This document shows, in pieces, positions 29,086 to 37,047 of a stretch of 37,047 nucleotides of DNA. Origin of the DNA: an uncultured Bacilli bacterium (GTDB taxonomy: Bacteria > Bacillota_I > Bacilli_A > RF39 > UBA660); assembly GCA_944332155.1 (NCBI GenBank), contig CALVJM010000003.1, positions 1 through 37,047 on the forward strand. The letters run 5' to 3'. The notes beneath the pieces are model-generated. The model was given only the letters and a program-made list of their open reading frames with translations, was not told where the DNA came from and made no database searches. How positions within the stretch are numbered: the first letter of the stretch is position 1; every line of letters starts with the position of its first letter. Made by a program: the position numbers and the translations under genes.

Positions 29086-29496
29086 ATGGAACAATTAAAT
29101 CGAACAGAATTACGAAAAAAAATTATGACAATTCTTTATCAAATCAATGTTTATAAAAAAAATAAGATGAATTATGATGTTGAAGATGTAATGAAAGAAG
29201 TTCTTCCAATTGATAATGAATTTGTTAAAGAAATTGTTTTTGGTGTTATAACTTATCAAAATGAAATTGATACATTAGCTAATAAATATATGAAAGAATG
29301 GACAATTGATCGTTTAGGTAATACTGATCAAGCAATATTACGTATGGGTATTTACGAATTAGTTTATACCGATACACCTGATATTGTATGTATTAATGAA
29401 GCTATTGAACTTGCGAAAGACTATAGTGATGATGATGTTCGCAAAATGATTAACAGTGTTTTAGATCGTGTATATCATGAGAAAATAGGTGAGTAA
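29086..29496 (+). CDS. nusB: Transcription antitermination factor NusB
   Basis: WTIDRLGNTDQAILRMGIYEL, INEAIELAKDY, INSVLD. Confidence 0.96.
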   Translation: MEQLNRTELRKKIMTILYQINVYKKNKMNYDVEDVMKEVLPIDNEFVKEIVFGVITYQNEIDTLANKYMKEWTIDRLGNTDQAILRMGIYELVYTDTPDIVCINEAIELAKDYSDDDVRKMINSVLDRVYHEKIGE

Positions 29497-29497
29497 A

Positions 29498-30856
29498 ATG
29501 AATGAAGATAAATATCTTAGTATTGGAGCACTAACAAGATATTTAAAAGCTAAATTTGATGGTGACGCTAATTTACGAACCGTCTTTTTAAAAGGGGAAA
29601 TTTCCAATTTTAAAGCCCATACTTCGGGACATTTTTATTTTTCTTTAAAGGACGAAACTAGTAAGATTAACGCTATTATGTTTGCTTCGAAAGCACGTCT
29701 TATCAATTTTACACCTATGGATGGTTCTAAAGTATTAGTTACTGGACGAGTAAGTGTATATGAAGCTACTGGAAGTTATCAGATTTATGTAGATGAAATG
29801 ATGGAAGATGGAGTTGGTAACTTATATATTGCTTTTGAAAAATTGAAAAAAGAATTAGCTAAAGAAGGTTTGTTTGATGCCAAGTATAAGAAACCAATCC
29901 CTAAAATTCCCGAAAAGATTGGAATTATTACCGCATCTACCGGTGCGGCCATTAGAGATATTATATCGACTATAAGAAGACGCTTTCCGTATGCAGAAAC
30001 CTATCTTTTTCCTTGTTTAGTACAAGGAGAATTTGCGAAAGATGATATCGTAAAAAAAATAAAACAGGCCAGTGATTATGATATTGATGTTTTAATTGTT
30101 GGTCGTGGTGGTGGATCTATCGAAGATATGTGGCCTTTTAACGAAGAAATAGTGGCTCGTGCAATCTTTGATTGTCCTATTCCCGTTATTAGTGCAGTAG
30201 GGCATGAAATTGATTTTACTATTGCCGATTTCGTTGCCGATTTACGTGCCCCAACACCAACAGGAGCCGCCGAAATGGCTGTTCCCAATATGAATGATTT
30301 AATCACACACTTACAACAATTACAAATTCGTTTAAATGAAGCTGTAAATAACCATATAAACAAATATCAAATGCAGTTAAATCACTTGAAGGATTCTTAT
30401 GTTTTAAAAAATCCTATGATTATGTTTGATAACAAAAAACAACGTCTTATGCTGTTAGAAGAACGAATTAATGAGAATTTAAAAAGAAAAGTAGAATATG
30501 AGCGCTTACATTTAGATCACTTAAAAAAATCTTATATATTTAAAAATCCAGAAGTTTTGTTTGAACCAGCTTTAAATCAATTAAAGGTATTTCAAGAAAC
30601 TTTGCAAAGGCAAATTACATCACATATAAAAAATAGAAATCAATATTTACAATATCAAATCGAAAAATTAGAAGTAGTTAATCCTTTACATATATTAAAT
30701 AAAGGATATAATGTAGCATATCAAAACGGATGTTTAATTAAAAGTGTAGAACAGATAAAAGATAAAGATTTATCACTGCACTTTCAAGATGGAGTTATTT
30801 ATGCAACAGTTGATAAGATAGAGAAGGAGAAAAGAGAATGGCAAAGCAAGAAGTAA
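29498..30856 (+). CDS. xseA: Exodeoxyribonuclease VII large subunit
   Basis: GEISNF..SGHFYFSLKD, GRGGGSIED, SAVGHEIDFTIADFVADLRAPTPT. Confidence 0.97.
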   Translation: MNEDKYLSIGALTRYLKAKFDGDANLRTVFLKGEISNFKAHTSGHFYFSLKDETSKINAIMFASKARLINFTPMDGSKVLVTGRVSVYEATGSYQIYVDEMMEDGVGNLYIAFEKLKKELAKEGLFDAKYKKPIPKIPEKIGIITASTGAAIRDIISTIRRRFPYAETYLFPCLVQGEFAKDDIVKKIKQASDYDIDVLIVGRGGGSIEDMWPFNEEIVARAIFDCPIPVISAVGHEIDFTIADFVADLRAPTPTGAAEMAVPNMNDLITHLQQLQIRLNEAVNNHINKYQMQLNHLKDSYVLKNPMIMFDNKKQRLMLLEERINENLKRKVEYERLHLDHLKKSYIFKNPEVLFEPALNQLKVFQETLQRQITSHIKNRNQYLQYQIEKLEVVNPLHILNKGYNVAYQNGCLIKSVEQIKDKDLSLHFQDGVIYATVDKIEKEKREWQSKK

Positions 30857-31071
30857 AATTTGAAGATAAAATGAAAGAATTAGAAAATATTATTTCGGAA
30901 TTAGAAAATGGAGAAATTGATTTAGATCAATCTATAGAAAAATACACTCGTGCAATGAAATTAGTAAAAGAATGTAACGAAAAACTGAAAAGTGTTGAAG
31001 AACAAGTAAGTAAGATGGTTACGGAAGATGGAACTATTGAAGATTTTGAAATGGAGAATAGTCAACAATAG
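30838..31071 (+). CDS. xseB: Exodeoxyribonuclease VII small subunit
   Basis: FEDKMKELENIISELENGEIDLDQSIEKY; follows xseA. Confidence 0.95.
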   Translation: MAKQEVKFEDKMKELENIISELENGEIDLDQSIEKYTRAMKLVKECNEKLKSVEEQVSKMVTEDGTIEDFEMENSQQ

Positions 31072-31092
31072 TATTTTGAATTAATTATAGAC

Positions 31093-31120
31093 AAAAGTTC
31101 TGTGAATCACAGAACTTTTT
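31093..31120. terminator. Bidirectional terminator between convergent xseB and spoIVB
   Basis: AAAAGTTCTGTGA-A-TCACAGAACTTTT. Confidence 0.85.
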
Positions 31121-31137
31121 TATCAAATAATTTCGGA

Positions 31138-32133
31138 TTAGTTTTCGGCTTCTTCTAACATGTTAGTGATAAAGATCCCGTATCCACGTGTCGGATGATC
31201 TATTACCACATGAGTAATACATCCAATAAAGTTGTCTCCTTGCAAAATTGGGGATCCACTCATGCCGGCTACAATTCCGCCAGTTTTTTGTAATAAACGA
31301 TCATCAGTAATTTCAAATAATATATTTTTGGTCTTATCATTTTCATTGATCTTTAAAATATTAATTTCAAATTCTTCTGCCGTATTTCCACTAATAACGG
31401 TACGAATGACAGCTTTTCCAAGTTTAATGGAGGATGGAACAGCAACTTTATATTGTTTTTTATCGGAAATGGTGGAAGAATAGGTACCAAAAATGCCACT
31501 TTCTGTATTTTCTTTGACAGAACCATAAACGTTATTATAATTATATTGTGCGTTTTTTTCTCCTGGTGTTCCGTCCGAGCTCGGAACTATATCAGTTACG
31601 GTTGATTCAAAGATCTTACCATCTTTAATTTCTAAGATTTGACCAGTGGACTTTTCAATAATTTCATGGCCTAATGCACCAAATAATTTAGTATTGGGAT
31701 CAATGAAACTAAGTGTACCAATACCAGTAATACGATCTTTTACATAAAGGCCAGTCTTATAAACATTATCTTGATCCTGATAAAGTTTTAAAGTGGTTTT
31801 ATTCGTACTATTACCACGTTTATAAGTAATTTCAATATTTCCTTTTTCTTTATGTTTATCAATCGCTTGAACCATTTCATCAATCGTTGCCACTGAAATA
31901 TTATTGATTGCCGTAATCTTATCACCCACTTTTAATCCAGCTTCTTCGGCAGGACTTTGGGAATCGACTTTATAAGTCCCAACAATCATTACACCTTTTG
32001 CTTCCAACTCAATTCCAATATTTTCACCACCAGGGATAATATAATCGGAATAAGCATGGACAGTTATTGGCATAATAAGTAATAGAAGAAGAAAAAGAAG
32101 TGTTTTTTGCCATTTAAATTTTTTAAAAAACAT
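31138..32133 (-). CDS. spoIVB: SpoIVB peptidase (S55) with PDZ domain
   Basis: IPGGENIGI, PDZ SPAEEAGLKVGD, GIGTLSF, FGALGH, GTPGEK, TGGIVAGMSGSPILQ, THV..GYGIFI. Confidence 0.93.
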   Translation of the reverse strand: MFFKKFKWQKTLLFLLLLLIMPITVHAYSDYIIPGGENIGIELEAKGVMIVGTYKVDSQSPAEEAGLKVGDKITAINNISVATIDEMVQAIDKHKEKGNIEITYKRGNSTNKTTLKLYQDQDNVYKTGLYVKDRITGIGTLSFIDPNTKLFGALGHEIIEKSTGQILEIKDGKIFESTVTDIVPSSDGTPGEKNAQYNYNNVYGSVKENTESGIFGTYSSTISDKKQYKVAVPSSIKLGKAVIRTVISGNTAEEFEINILKINENDKTKNILFEITDDRLLQKTGGIVAGMSGSPILQGDNFIGCITHVVIDHPTRGYGIFITNMLEEAEN

Positions 32134-32298
32134 CAAATTCTCCTTTCATCACAGACTACATTATTATTATGGTAAGAAGCATTCATTTTATCACAGCAAA
32201 AAACTTCCAATCATACCTTTTATTGAATAATCAAGCATTTTACTAGACTAGAAAAAATTGACAAACTTTGTTATAATATCTAGTTAGGAAGTGATAAA

Positions 32299-32718
32299 AT
32301 GAAAAAAAATATCAAAAAAGAAGAAGGAAAAAAATTGATTCAAAAAGAAGTTAGTGAATTTAAAAAATTTATTGATCGTGGAAATGTAGTAGATTTATCA
32401 ATCGGTGTATTAATGGGAACCGCATTCAGTAAAATCGTAAGTTCTGTAGTTGATGATGTACTGATGCCAATTATTGGTATTTTTATAGGTGGTATTGATT
32501 TTTCGAATGTATTAATTAGAGTAGGGGATGCTCAAATTAAAGTTGGTAACTTTATTCAAAGTATTGTTGATTTCTTAATAGTCGCGTTATGTGTTTTTAT
32601 ATTTGTTAAAATACTTTCACACTTTTCTAAAAAACACGAAGAAGTAAAAGATACAAAACCAGATGAAGTACTATTGTTAGAAGAAATACGTGATTTATTA
32701 AAAGAAAAAAATGAGTAG
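32299..32718 (+). CDS. mscL: Large-conductance mechanosensitive channel
   Basis: EFKKFIDRGNVVDLSIG, GNFIQSIVDFLI, LLEEIRDLL. Confidence 0.96.
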   Translation: MKKNIKKEEGKKLIQKEVSEFKKFIDRGNVVDLSIGVLMGTAFSKIVSSVVDDVLMPIIGIFIGGIDFSNVLIRVGDAQIKVGNFIQSIVDFLIVALCVFIFVKILSHFSKKHEEVKDTKPDEVLLLEEIRDLLKEKNE

Positions 32719-32727
32719 AAAACTCAT

Positions 32728-32847
32728 TTAATAATAAGCGACAACTTGTCCTACAACCATAGCTATTACCAATATAAGGCAAAAAATAGCTACCCATTGA
32801 TTTAAATTTAGTTTTAAAAACGTTTTCTTTTTCTTTTGTTTTGCCAT
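32728..32847 (-). CDS. 39-aa small membrane protein (basic N-terminus plus one TM helix), absent from the ORF track
   Basis: GAGGTG RBS, then MAKQKKKKTFLKLNLNQWVAIFCLILVIAMVVGQVVAYY*; fills the mscL-spoIIM gap. Confidence 0.75.
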   Translation of the reverse strand: MAKQKKKKTFLKLNLNQWVAIFCLILVIAMVVGQVVAYY

Positions 32848-32937
32848 ATCTTAACACCTCATTTAATATTATAAACTATTTTTTTAAAAAAAGGAATATT
32901 TTTTTATAGTTCTAATACACTTAAGTAGAGGTGAATT

Positions 32938-33564
32938 ATGAACAAGATAATGGACAAACTAAACAAAAGAGTAACAATTAATCGCAAATTATTTATCTTT
33001 TTATTTCTACTATTTATTATTGGACTACTTGTAGGTTCTCTATTTACTACCATTTTAAAAGATAGTGATCAAACACTAGTAAAAGACTCTCTCAATAACT
33101 TTTTAACATCTATTAATAAGAATCAGCTTAAAGTAGAAACAACGTTCCTACCAGCTTTATTTAGTCAAATTGTATATGTTTTAAGTGTATGGTTATTAGG
33201 TGTCTCTATATTAGGATTACCAATTGTCATTATTTTATACTTTTCCAAATCTTTTACTTTAGGTTTTTCAATAGGTAGTTTATTATATCACTATCACACT
33301 AAAGGAATACTTTTATCTATCGCTTATATTTTTCCTCATCAAATTATTAATTTTTTTATCTATACTATTTTAACTATATATTCTCTTAGTTTATCTTTAA
33401 AACTATTAGATTCCTTAATACATAAAAAAAGATTAGATTTTCGTTTTATTTTAAATAAATATTTATTTATTCTTATACTATCTCTTGTAGGTGTAATTAT
33501 AACTAGCTCACTAGAAATATTTGTAATGCCTAAATTAATTTCTTATATTTTAAAAATTTTTTAA
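32938..33564 (+). CDS. spoIIM: Stage II sporulation protein M
   Basis: VWLLGVSILGLP..YFSKSFTLGFSIG, IFPHQ, final helix with LE..VMP; 208-aa multi-TM protein. Confidence 0.82.
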   Translation: MNKIMDKLNKRVTINRKLFIFLFLLFIIGLLVGSLFTTILKDSDQTLVKDSLNNFLTSINKNQLKVETTFLPALFSQIVYVLSVWLLGVSILGLPIVIILYFSKSFTLGFSIGSLLYHYHTKGILLSIAYIFPHQIINFFIYTILTIYSLSLSLKLLDSLIHKKRLDFRFILNKYLFILILSLVGVIITSSLEIFVMPKLISYILKIF

Positions 33565-33631
33565 CAACAGCTATTAGTTGTTTTTTTCTAACTCTTATAG
33601 TATAATGTGTTTGATTGAAAGGAGGAATAAT

Positions 33632-34738
33632 GTGAAAACAGTCGTCTTGGGAATGAGTGGAGGAGTAGATAGTAGTGTAGCTGCAATTCTATTAAAAAAT
33701 CAAGGATATAAAGTAATTGGTCTTTTTATGCGTAATTGGGATAGTATGTTAAATAATGATATATTAGGAAACCCTGATTTAGAAAATCATTCTATTTGCC
33801 CTCAAGAAGAAGATTATAATGACGCTAAAGCTGTATGCGAAAAGTTAGGTATTCCTCTTCATCGCGTAGATTTTGTAAAAGAATATTGGGATTATGTATT
33901 TACTTATTTTTTAGATGAATTAAAAAAAGGACGTACACCTAATCCCGATTTAATGTGTAATAAATATATTAAATTCGATATGTTTGTTAAAGAAGCAAAA
34001 AAGTTAGGGGCAGATTATATTGCGACTGGTCATTATGCTCAAATGGAAAATGGTAAGCTTTTACGAGCTGTTGACCACAATAAAGATCAAACTTACTTTT
34101 TAGCTCAATTATCTAAAGAACAATTACAAAATGTATTATTTCCAATTGGTAAGTTAGAAAAACCAGAAGTGCGTAAAATCGCCGAAGAATATGGATTAAT
34201 CACAGCCCGTAAAAAAGATTCTACTGGTATTTGTTTTATTGGAGAACGTAATTTTACTAAATTTTTAGAAAATTATTTACCAAATATGCCAGGTGATATA
34301 GTAGATATCGATTCTAAAGAAGTAGTTGGAAAACATATTGGGTTAATGTATTATACTATCGGTCAAAGAAGAGGACTTCATATTGGTGGTTCAAAGGAAA
34401 GAATGTTTGTTGTTGGAAAAGATTTAAATAAAAATATCTTATATATTTCCTATGGTAATACAGATTATTTAATAAGTGATTCTTGTATTATAGATACGGT
34501 TGTATTTAACTGTGATGAACGTCCAACCAATTGTACAGCTAAATTTCGTTATCGCCAACCAGATAATGAAGTTGAATTAAAATACTTAGATAATGGTGAA
34601 ATATTAGTACAATACCCACAAGGAGTAAAATCAGTTACCCCTGGACAAGCTTGTGTCCTTTATATGAAAGATCAATGTATTGGAAGTGGAATAATTAAAG
34701 AAGTACATAAAAATCAAAAGAAGTTATGGTATTTATAG
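33632..34738 (+). CDS. mnmA: tRNA 2-thiouridylase MnmA
   Basis: GMSGGVDSSV, GRTPNPDLMCN, ATGHY, KDQTYFL, KDSTGICFIGE, YTIGQRRGL, VTPGQ; GTG start behind GGAGG. Confidence 0.97.
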   Translation: MKTVVLGMSGGVDSSVAAILLKNQGYKVIGLFMRNWDSMLNNDILGNPDLENHSICPQEEDYNDAKAVCEKLGIPLHRVDFVKEYWDYVFTYFLDELKKGRTPNPDLMCNKYIKFDMFVKEAKKLGADYIATGHYAQMENGKLLRAVDHNKDQTYFLAQLSKEQLQNVLFPIGKLEKPEVRKIAEEYGLITARKKDSTGICFIGERNFTKFLENYLPNMPGDIVDIDSKEVVGKHIGLMYYTIGQRRGLHIGGSKERMFVVGKDLNKNILYISYGNTDYLISDSCIIDTVVFNCDERPTNCTAKFRYRQPDNEVELKYLDNGEILVQYPQGVKSVTPGQACVLYMKDQCIGSGIIKEVHKNQKKLWYL

Positions 34739-34746
34739 GAGGATTT

Positions 34747-35607
34747 ATGAAAAAATTAGGAATTTTTCTTTTAAGTTTAGTTATATTCTGTAGTTCTATT
34801 GTTTTATGTGTTAGCTTTTCCATCCAAGAAATTACTTCTCGTGTTGTTACTAATGTAGTTTTAGATCAAATAAATGTTCGTGAAATAACTAATATAGTAC
34901 AAGATATCGCTCCAGAAGTGAGTGATGAACAATTAACAATATTAGAAGAAAAGATTATTCAAAGCGAAGAGTTAAATGATTTATCTACTTCATATTTAAA
35001 TGAATTTGCTAACTCAATTCAACAAAATAAAGAATTGGATCAAGAAAAATTAAAAGAACAACTAGGAACATTCTTTGATAATAATATAGATACAGTCACT
35101 AAAGAATTAAACACGACTTTAACACCCGAAGAAGAACAAAAATTACGTGATACAATTACATCTCATAGTGAAGAACTATCACAAAAAGTTGAACAAGTAA
35201 TTACCGAAAAAACAGTTTCTTTACCAAAAGAACAACAAACAATGTTAAATTTATATGCAAGTATGAACACATTGGGAATGAAACTAGCAATGGGAATTGT
35301 TATTGTTTTATCAATTATATTTATTATGGTAATATCAAAATCATTTTATCATTGGTTACGTCCTGTAGGAATTGCGGGTACACTAGCAGGAACAATTGTA
35401 TTATTCTTATTTCCTATGTTTATTCAGTTAATAGAAGAAATTTTATCTACCGATTTACTAGGAAAAAATGTTGCGATTCCTGTACAGACCTTAAAGTTAA
35501 GTGGAACAATATTATTAATAACTAGTATTGTAATGATTGCTTTATATTATATAATTAAACTATTCCAAAAAAAGAATATTACCACTCGTAATAGTCAACA
35601 AATTTAA
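34747..35607 (+). CDS. Hypothetical membrane protein (N-terminal TM, helical extracellular domain, three C-terminal TMs)
   Basis: AGGAGG RBS before ATG 34747; hydropathy pattern. Confidence 0.8.
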   Translation: MKKLGIFLLSLVIFCSSIVLCVSFSIQEITSRVVTNVVLDQINVREITNIVQDIAPEVSDEQLTILEEKIIQSEELNDLSTSYLNEFANSIQQNKELDQEKLKEQLGTFFDNNIDTVTKELNTTLTPEEEQKLRDTITSHSEELSQKVEQVITEKTVSLPKEQQTMLNLYASMNTLGMKLAMGIVIVLSIIFIMVISKSFYHWLRPVGIAGTLAGTIVLFLFPMFIQLIEEILSTDLLGKNVAIPVQTLKLSGTILLITSIVMIALYYIIKLFQKKNITTRNSQQI

Positions 35608-35634
35608 AACTATGGATTCCATTCATAGTTTTTT
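35606..35634 (+). terminator. Rho-independent terminator
   Basis: AAAACTATG...CATAGTTTT followed by further T. Confidence 0.65.
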
Positions 35635-35654
35635 ATTATACTTTTTGTTTACAC

Positions 35655-35682
35655 TTGACATTTGACAATGAAGTGGTAAAAT
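35655..35682 (+). promoter_or_regulatory. SigA promoter with tandem heptad repeats
   Basis: TTGACA-N16-TAAAAT with TG extension; TTTACAC/TTGACAT/TTGACAA at 35648-35668. Confidence 0.65.
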
Positions 35683-35700
35683 GTTAATAGGAGGGTAGTT

Positions 35701-36486
35701 ATGGAAAGACTAAACGAAATATTACACGAGCTTGGAATATCAAAGGTAAAACTAGCTAAATATCTAGGTGTTTCAAGACAGATGATTTACAATTATTTAG
35801 AATTAGATGATATAAATAAATGGCCTAAAGACAAGAAAGTTTTATTATTAAATTTGTTAGGAATTAAATCTGGAGATGAATTAAAAAAAATTAAAGTAGA
35901 TACAGATTATATTCTTAGTGTTGAAACACGCATTAACGCTTTATTTGAAAATAATGAAAAGATGAATGCGATTAATGAGACTAACGCAATATATAATGGT
36001 TTATCAAAACAAAATAAAGAAGTAATGCATGATATTATAGAATTGATGAAAGAAAAGTTAGAAGACGACAAAGATCATCAAGCTTACTATATATTTAAAT
36101 ATTTATATCATTTCTTACAAGCAATGGACACAAACAAAGAATTAAAATATATATTAGGCTATGTATCTAAAGCAGCTGGTTTTGTTAAACCTGAAGAATT
36201 TGTCTTTGAAAAAGAAGAACAGTTCTTATTTGAAAGTATCTTCTATACCGCAATGGTATTGTATGAAAGTGGTGCTCCAAGCAAAACAAAGATTGCAGAA
36301 GCCCATAAACGTTTCGAAAATAAAATTGAACACAAACGTGAAGAGAAAATGAGTCGTACATTAGAATTAAATACATATAAAATACAAGCATTAAAAGAAT
36401 TAGGATATACTGAAATTAATGAAAAAAATGCATCTGAAGTATTAGAAAAAATTGCTGAAATTCAATCACGTAAAGTGACAAATTAA
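35701..36486 (+). CDS. Protein with N-terminal XRE/Cro-like helix-turn-helix; putative DNA-binding regulator
   Basis: LGISKVKLAKYLGVSRQMIYNY HTH; AGGAGG RBS; helical C-terminal part not recognised. Confidence 0.8.
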   Translation: MERLNEILHELGISKVKLAKYLGVSRQMIYNYLELDDINKWPKDKKVLLLNLLGIKSGDELKKIKVDTDYILSVETRINALFENNEKMNAINETNAIYNGLSKQNKEVMHDIIELMKEKLEDDKDHQAYYIFKYLYHFLQAMDTNKELKYILGYVSKAAGFVKPEEFVFEKEEQFLFESIFYTAMVLYESGAPSKTKIAEAHKRFENKIEHKREEKMSRTLELNTYKIQALKELGYTEINEKNASEVLEKIAEIQSRKVTN

Positions 36487-36499
36487 GAGTAGGGAAGAG

Positions 36500-36533
36500 G
36501 AGAGTTGAAATAAGAACTCTCTTTTTCTTTTTT
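36500..36533 (+). terminator. Rho-independent terminator
   Basis: GAGAGTT...AACTCTC followed by T runs. Confidence 0.65.
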
Positions 36534-36970
36534 AGAATTTACCATCTAGTCTATTTACATGCTTATTATCATTTATGTAAAATATTATATACTCATATAA
36601 TTAAAATAATCAATGGTATAATAGATAATCCCAGTGAAAATATGATTTATTTAAGTATCATTAATTTAAATCTAAAATGACACATTACAAAAATTTATAT
36701 CTACTACCCCTATTTTTTATTCCCCTTCCCCTACTTGTTTTTAATAGAGTAGGATAGACAAATAGATTACAGTTCATTAGAGTCATATTCGTCTTACATT
36801 ATTAAATATAACATATTCTTTTATTAGAATATATTTTAATACACTTACGTAATGAATAGTCCTAAATAAAAATCCATAATGCTTTAACTAATTTATTTAA
36901 CTGTATAAATTTGTATAATATAAAAAAAATATTTTAATTATTGTATAATAATCAAAAAGATATGGTATAT

Positions 36971-37046
36971 TATCTTGAGTTTTACAGCAAAAACGCGTAA
37001 TCCCTTATTTTATAAAGAAAAACGCGTTTTTCGTATCTTGTGTAAT
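36971..37046. repeat. 76-bp repeat, inverted copy of 3..78; probable IS-like terminus
   Basis: 71/76 identity to the reverse complement of 3..78. Confidence 0.9.
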
Positions 37047-37047
37047 A

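Noticed and set aside
32627-32857. 76-aa minus-strand ORF from the track
   Set aside because: Overlaps mscL and has no RBS; the 39-aa ORF in another frame (32728..32847) has a strong RBS and fits the gap.
7374-36391. Short ORFs nested in or antisense to real genes (7374, 15766, 17598, 19202, 20042, 20987, 22837, 22841, 23879, 30076, 31232, 36161, 36185)
   Set aside because: Shadow frames of well-supported genes, with no recognisable motifs.
1-37047. CRISPR array, tRNA, rRNA, prophage or a complete DGR cassette
   Set aside because: No regularly spaced repeats, cloverleaf or rRNA-like sequence, phage genes, or reverse transcriptase ORF seen.
1-37047. Linear replicon or giant transposon defined by the terminal inverted repeats
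   Set aside because: Content is core chromosomal (dnaG, rpoD, nusB, mnmA) with no replication, terminal-protein or intact transposase gene; an assembly break at a repeat is simpler.
1-37047. Mycoplasma-type genetic code 4
   Set aside because: Long genes are intact under code 11 with TGG for Trp, and ylbJ ends at TGA at its expected length.

Overview
AT-rich (roughly 28-30% GC by eye) chromosomal segment of a low-GC Firmicute (Bacilli) using genetic code 11. Gene order looks like a compressed Bacillus subtilis chromosome; an uncultured, reduced-genome gut Bacilli lineage such as RF39 is an inference only. Housekeeping genes: addB-addA, uppP, dnaG-sigA-trmK, mutS, nusB-xseA-xseB, mscL, mnmA. 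Competence and pilus genes: comEA-comEC and a split type IV pilus locus (N-terminally extended pilC, pilD, oppositely oriented pilB, two prepilin-like genes). Sporulation genes: yqfQ, ylbJ, spoIVB, spoIIM. The strongest unusual signal is the surface-protein gene 6716..8020. Its last ~110 coding bases jump to ~55% GC, are rich in NNC/NNT codons and end in a YW..AW.V..GVRP motif. This looks like the variable region of a diversity-generating retroelement (DGR) target, but no reverse transcriptase or template repeat is in the window, so it would be a remote target. Its N-terminus resembles SipW-processed TasA/camelysin fibre subunits, and its promoter has a G9 tract and a palindrome over the -35 box. 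Other signals: a 76-bp imperfect inverted repeat at the two window ends (probably IS termini), a LexA box inside the nusB-xseAB promoter, a 1.6-kb patch of IS3 and murD debris within the pilus locus, and small ORFs missing from the ORF track.
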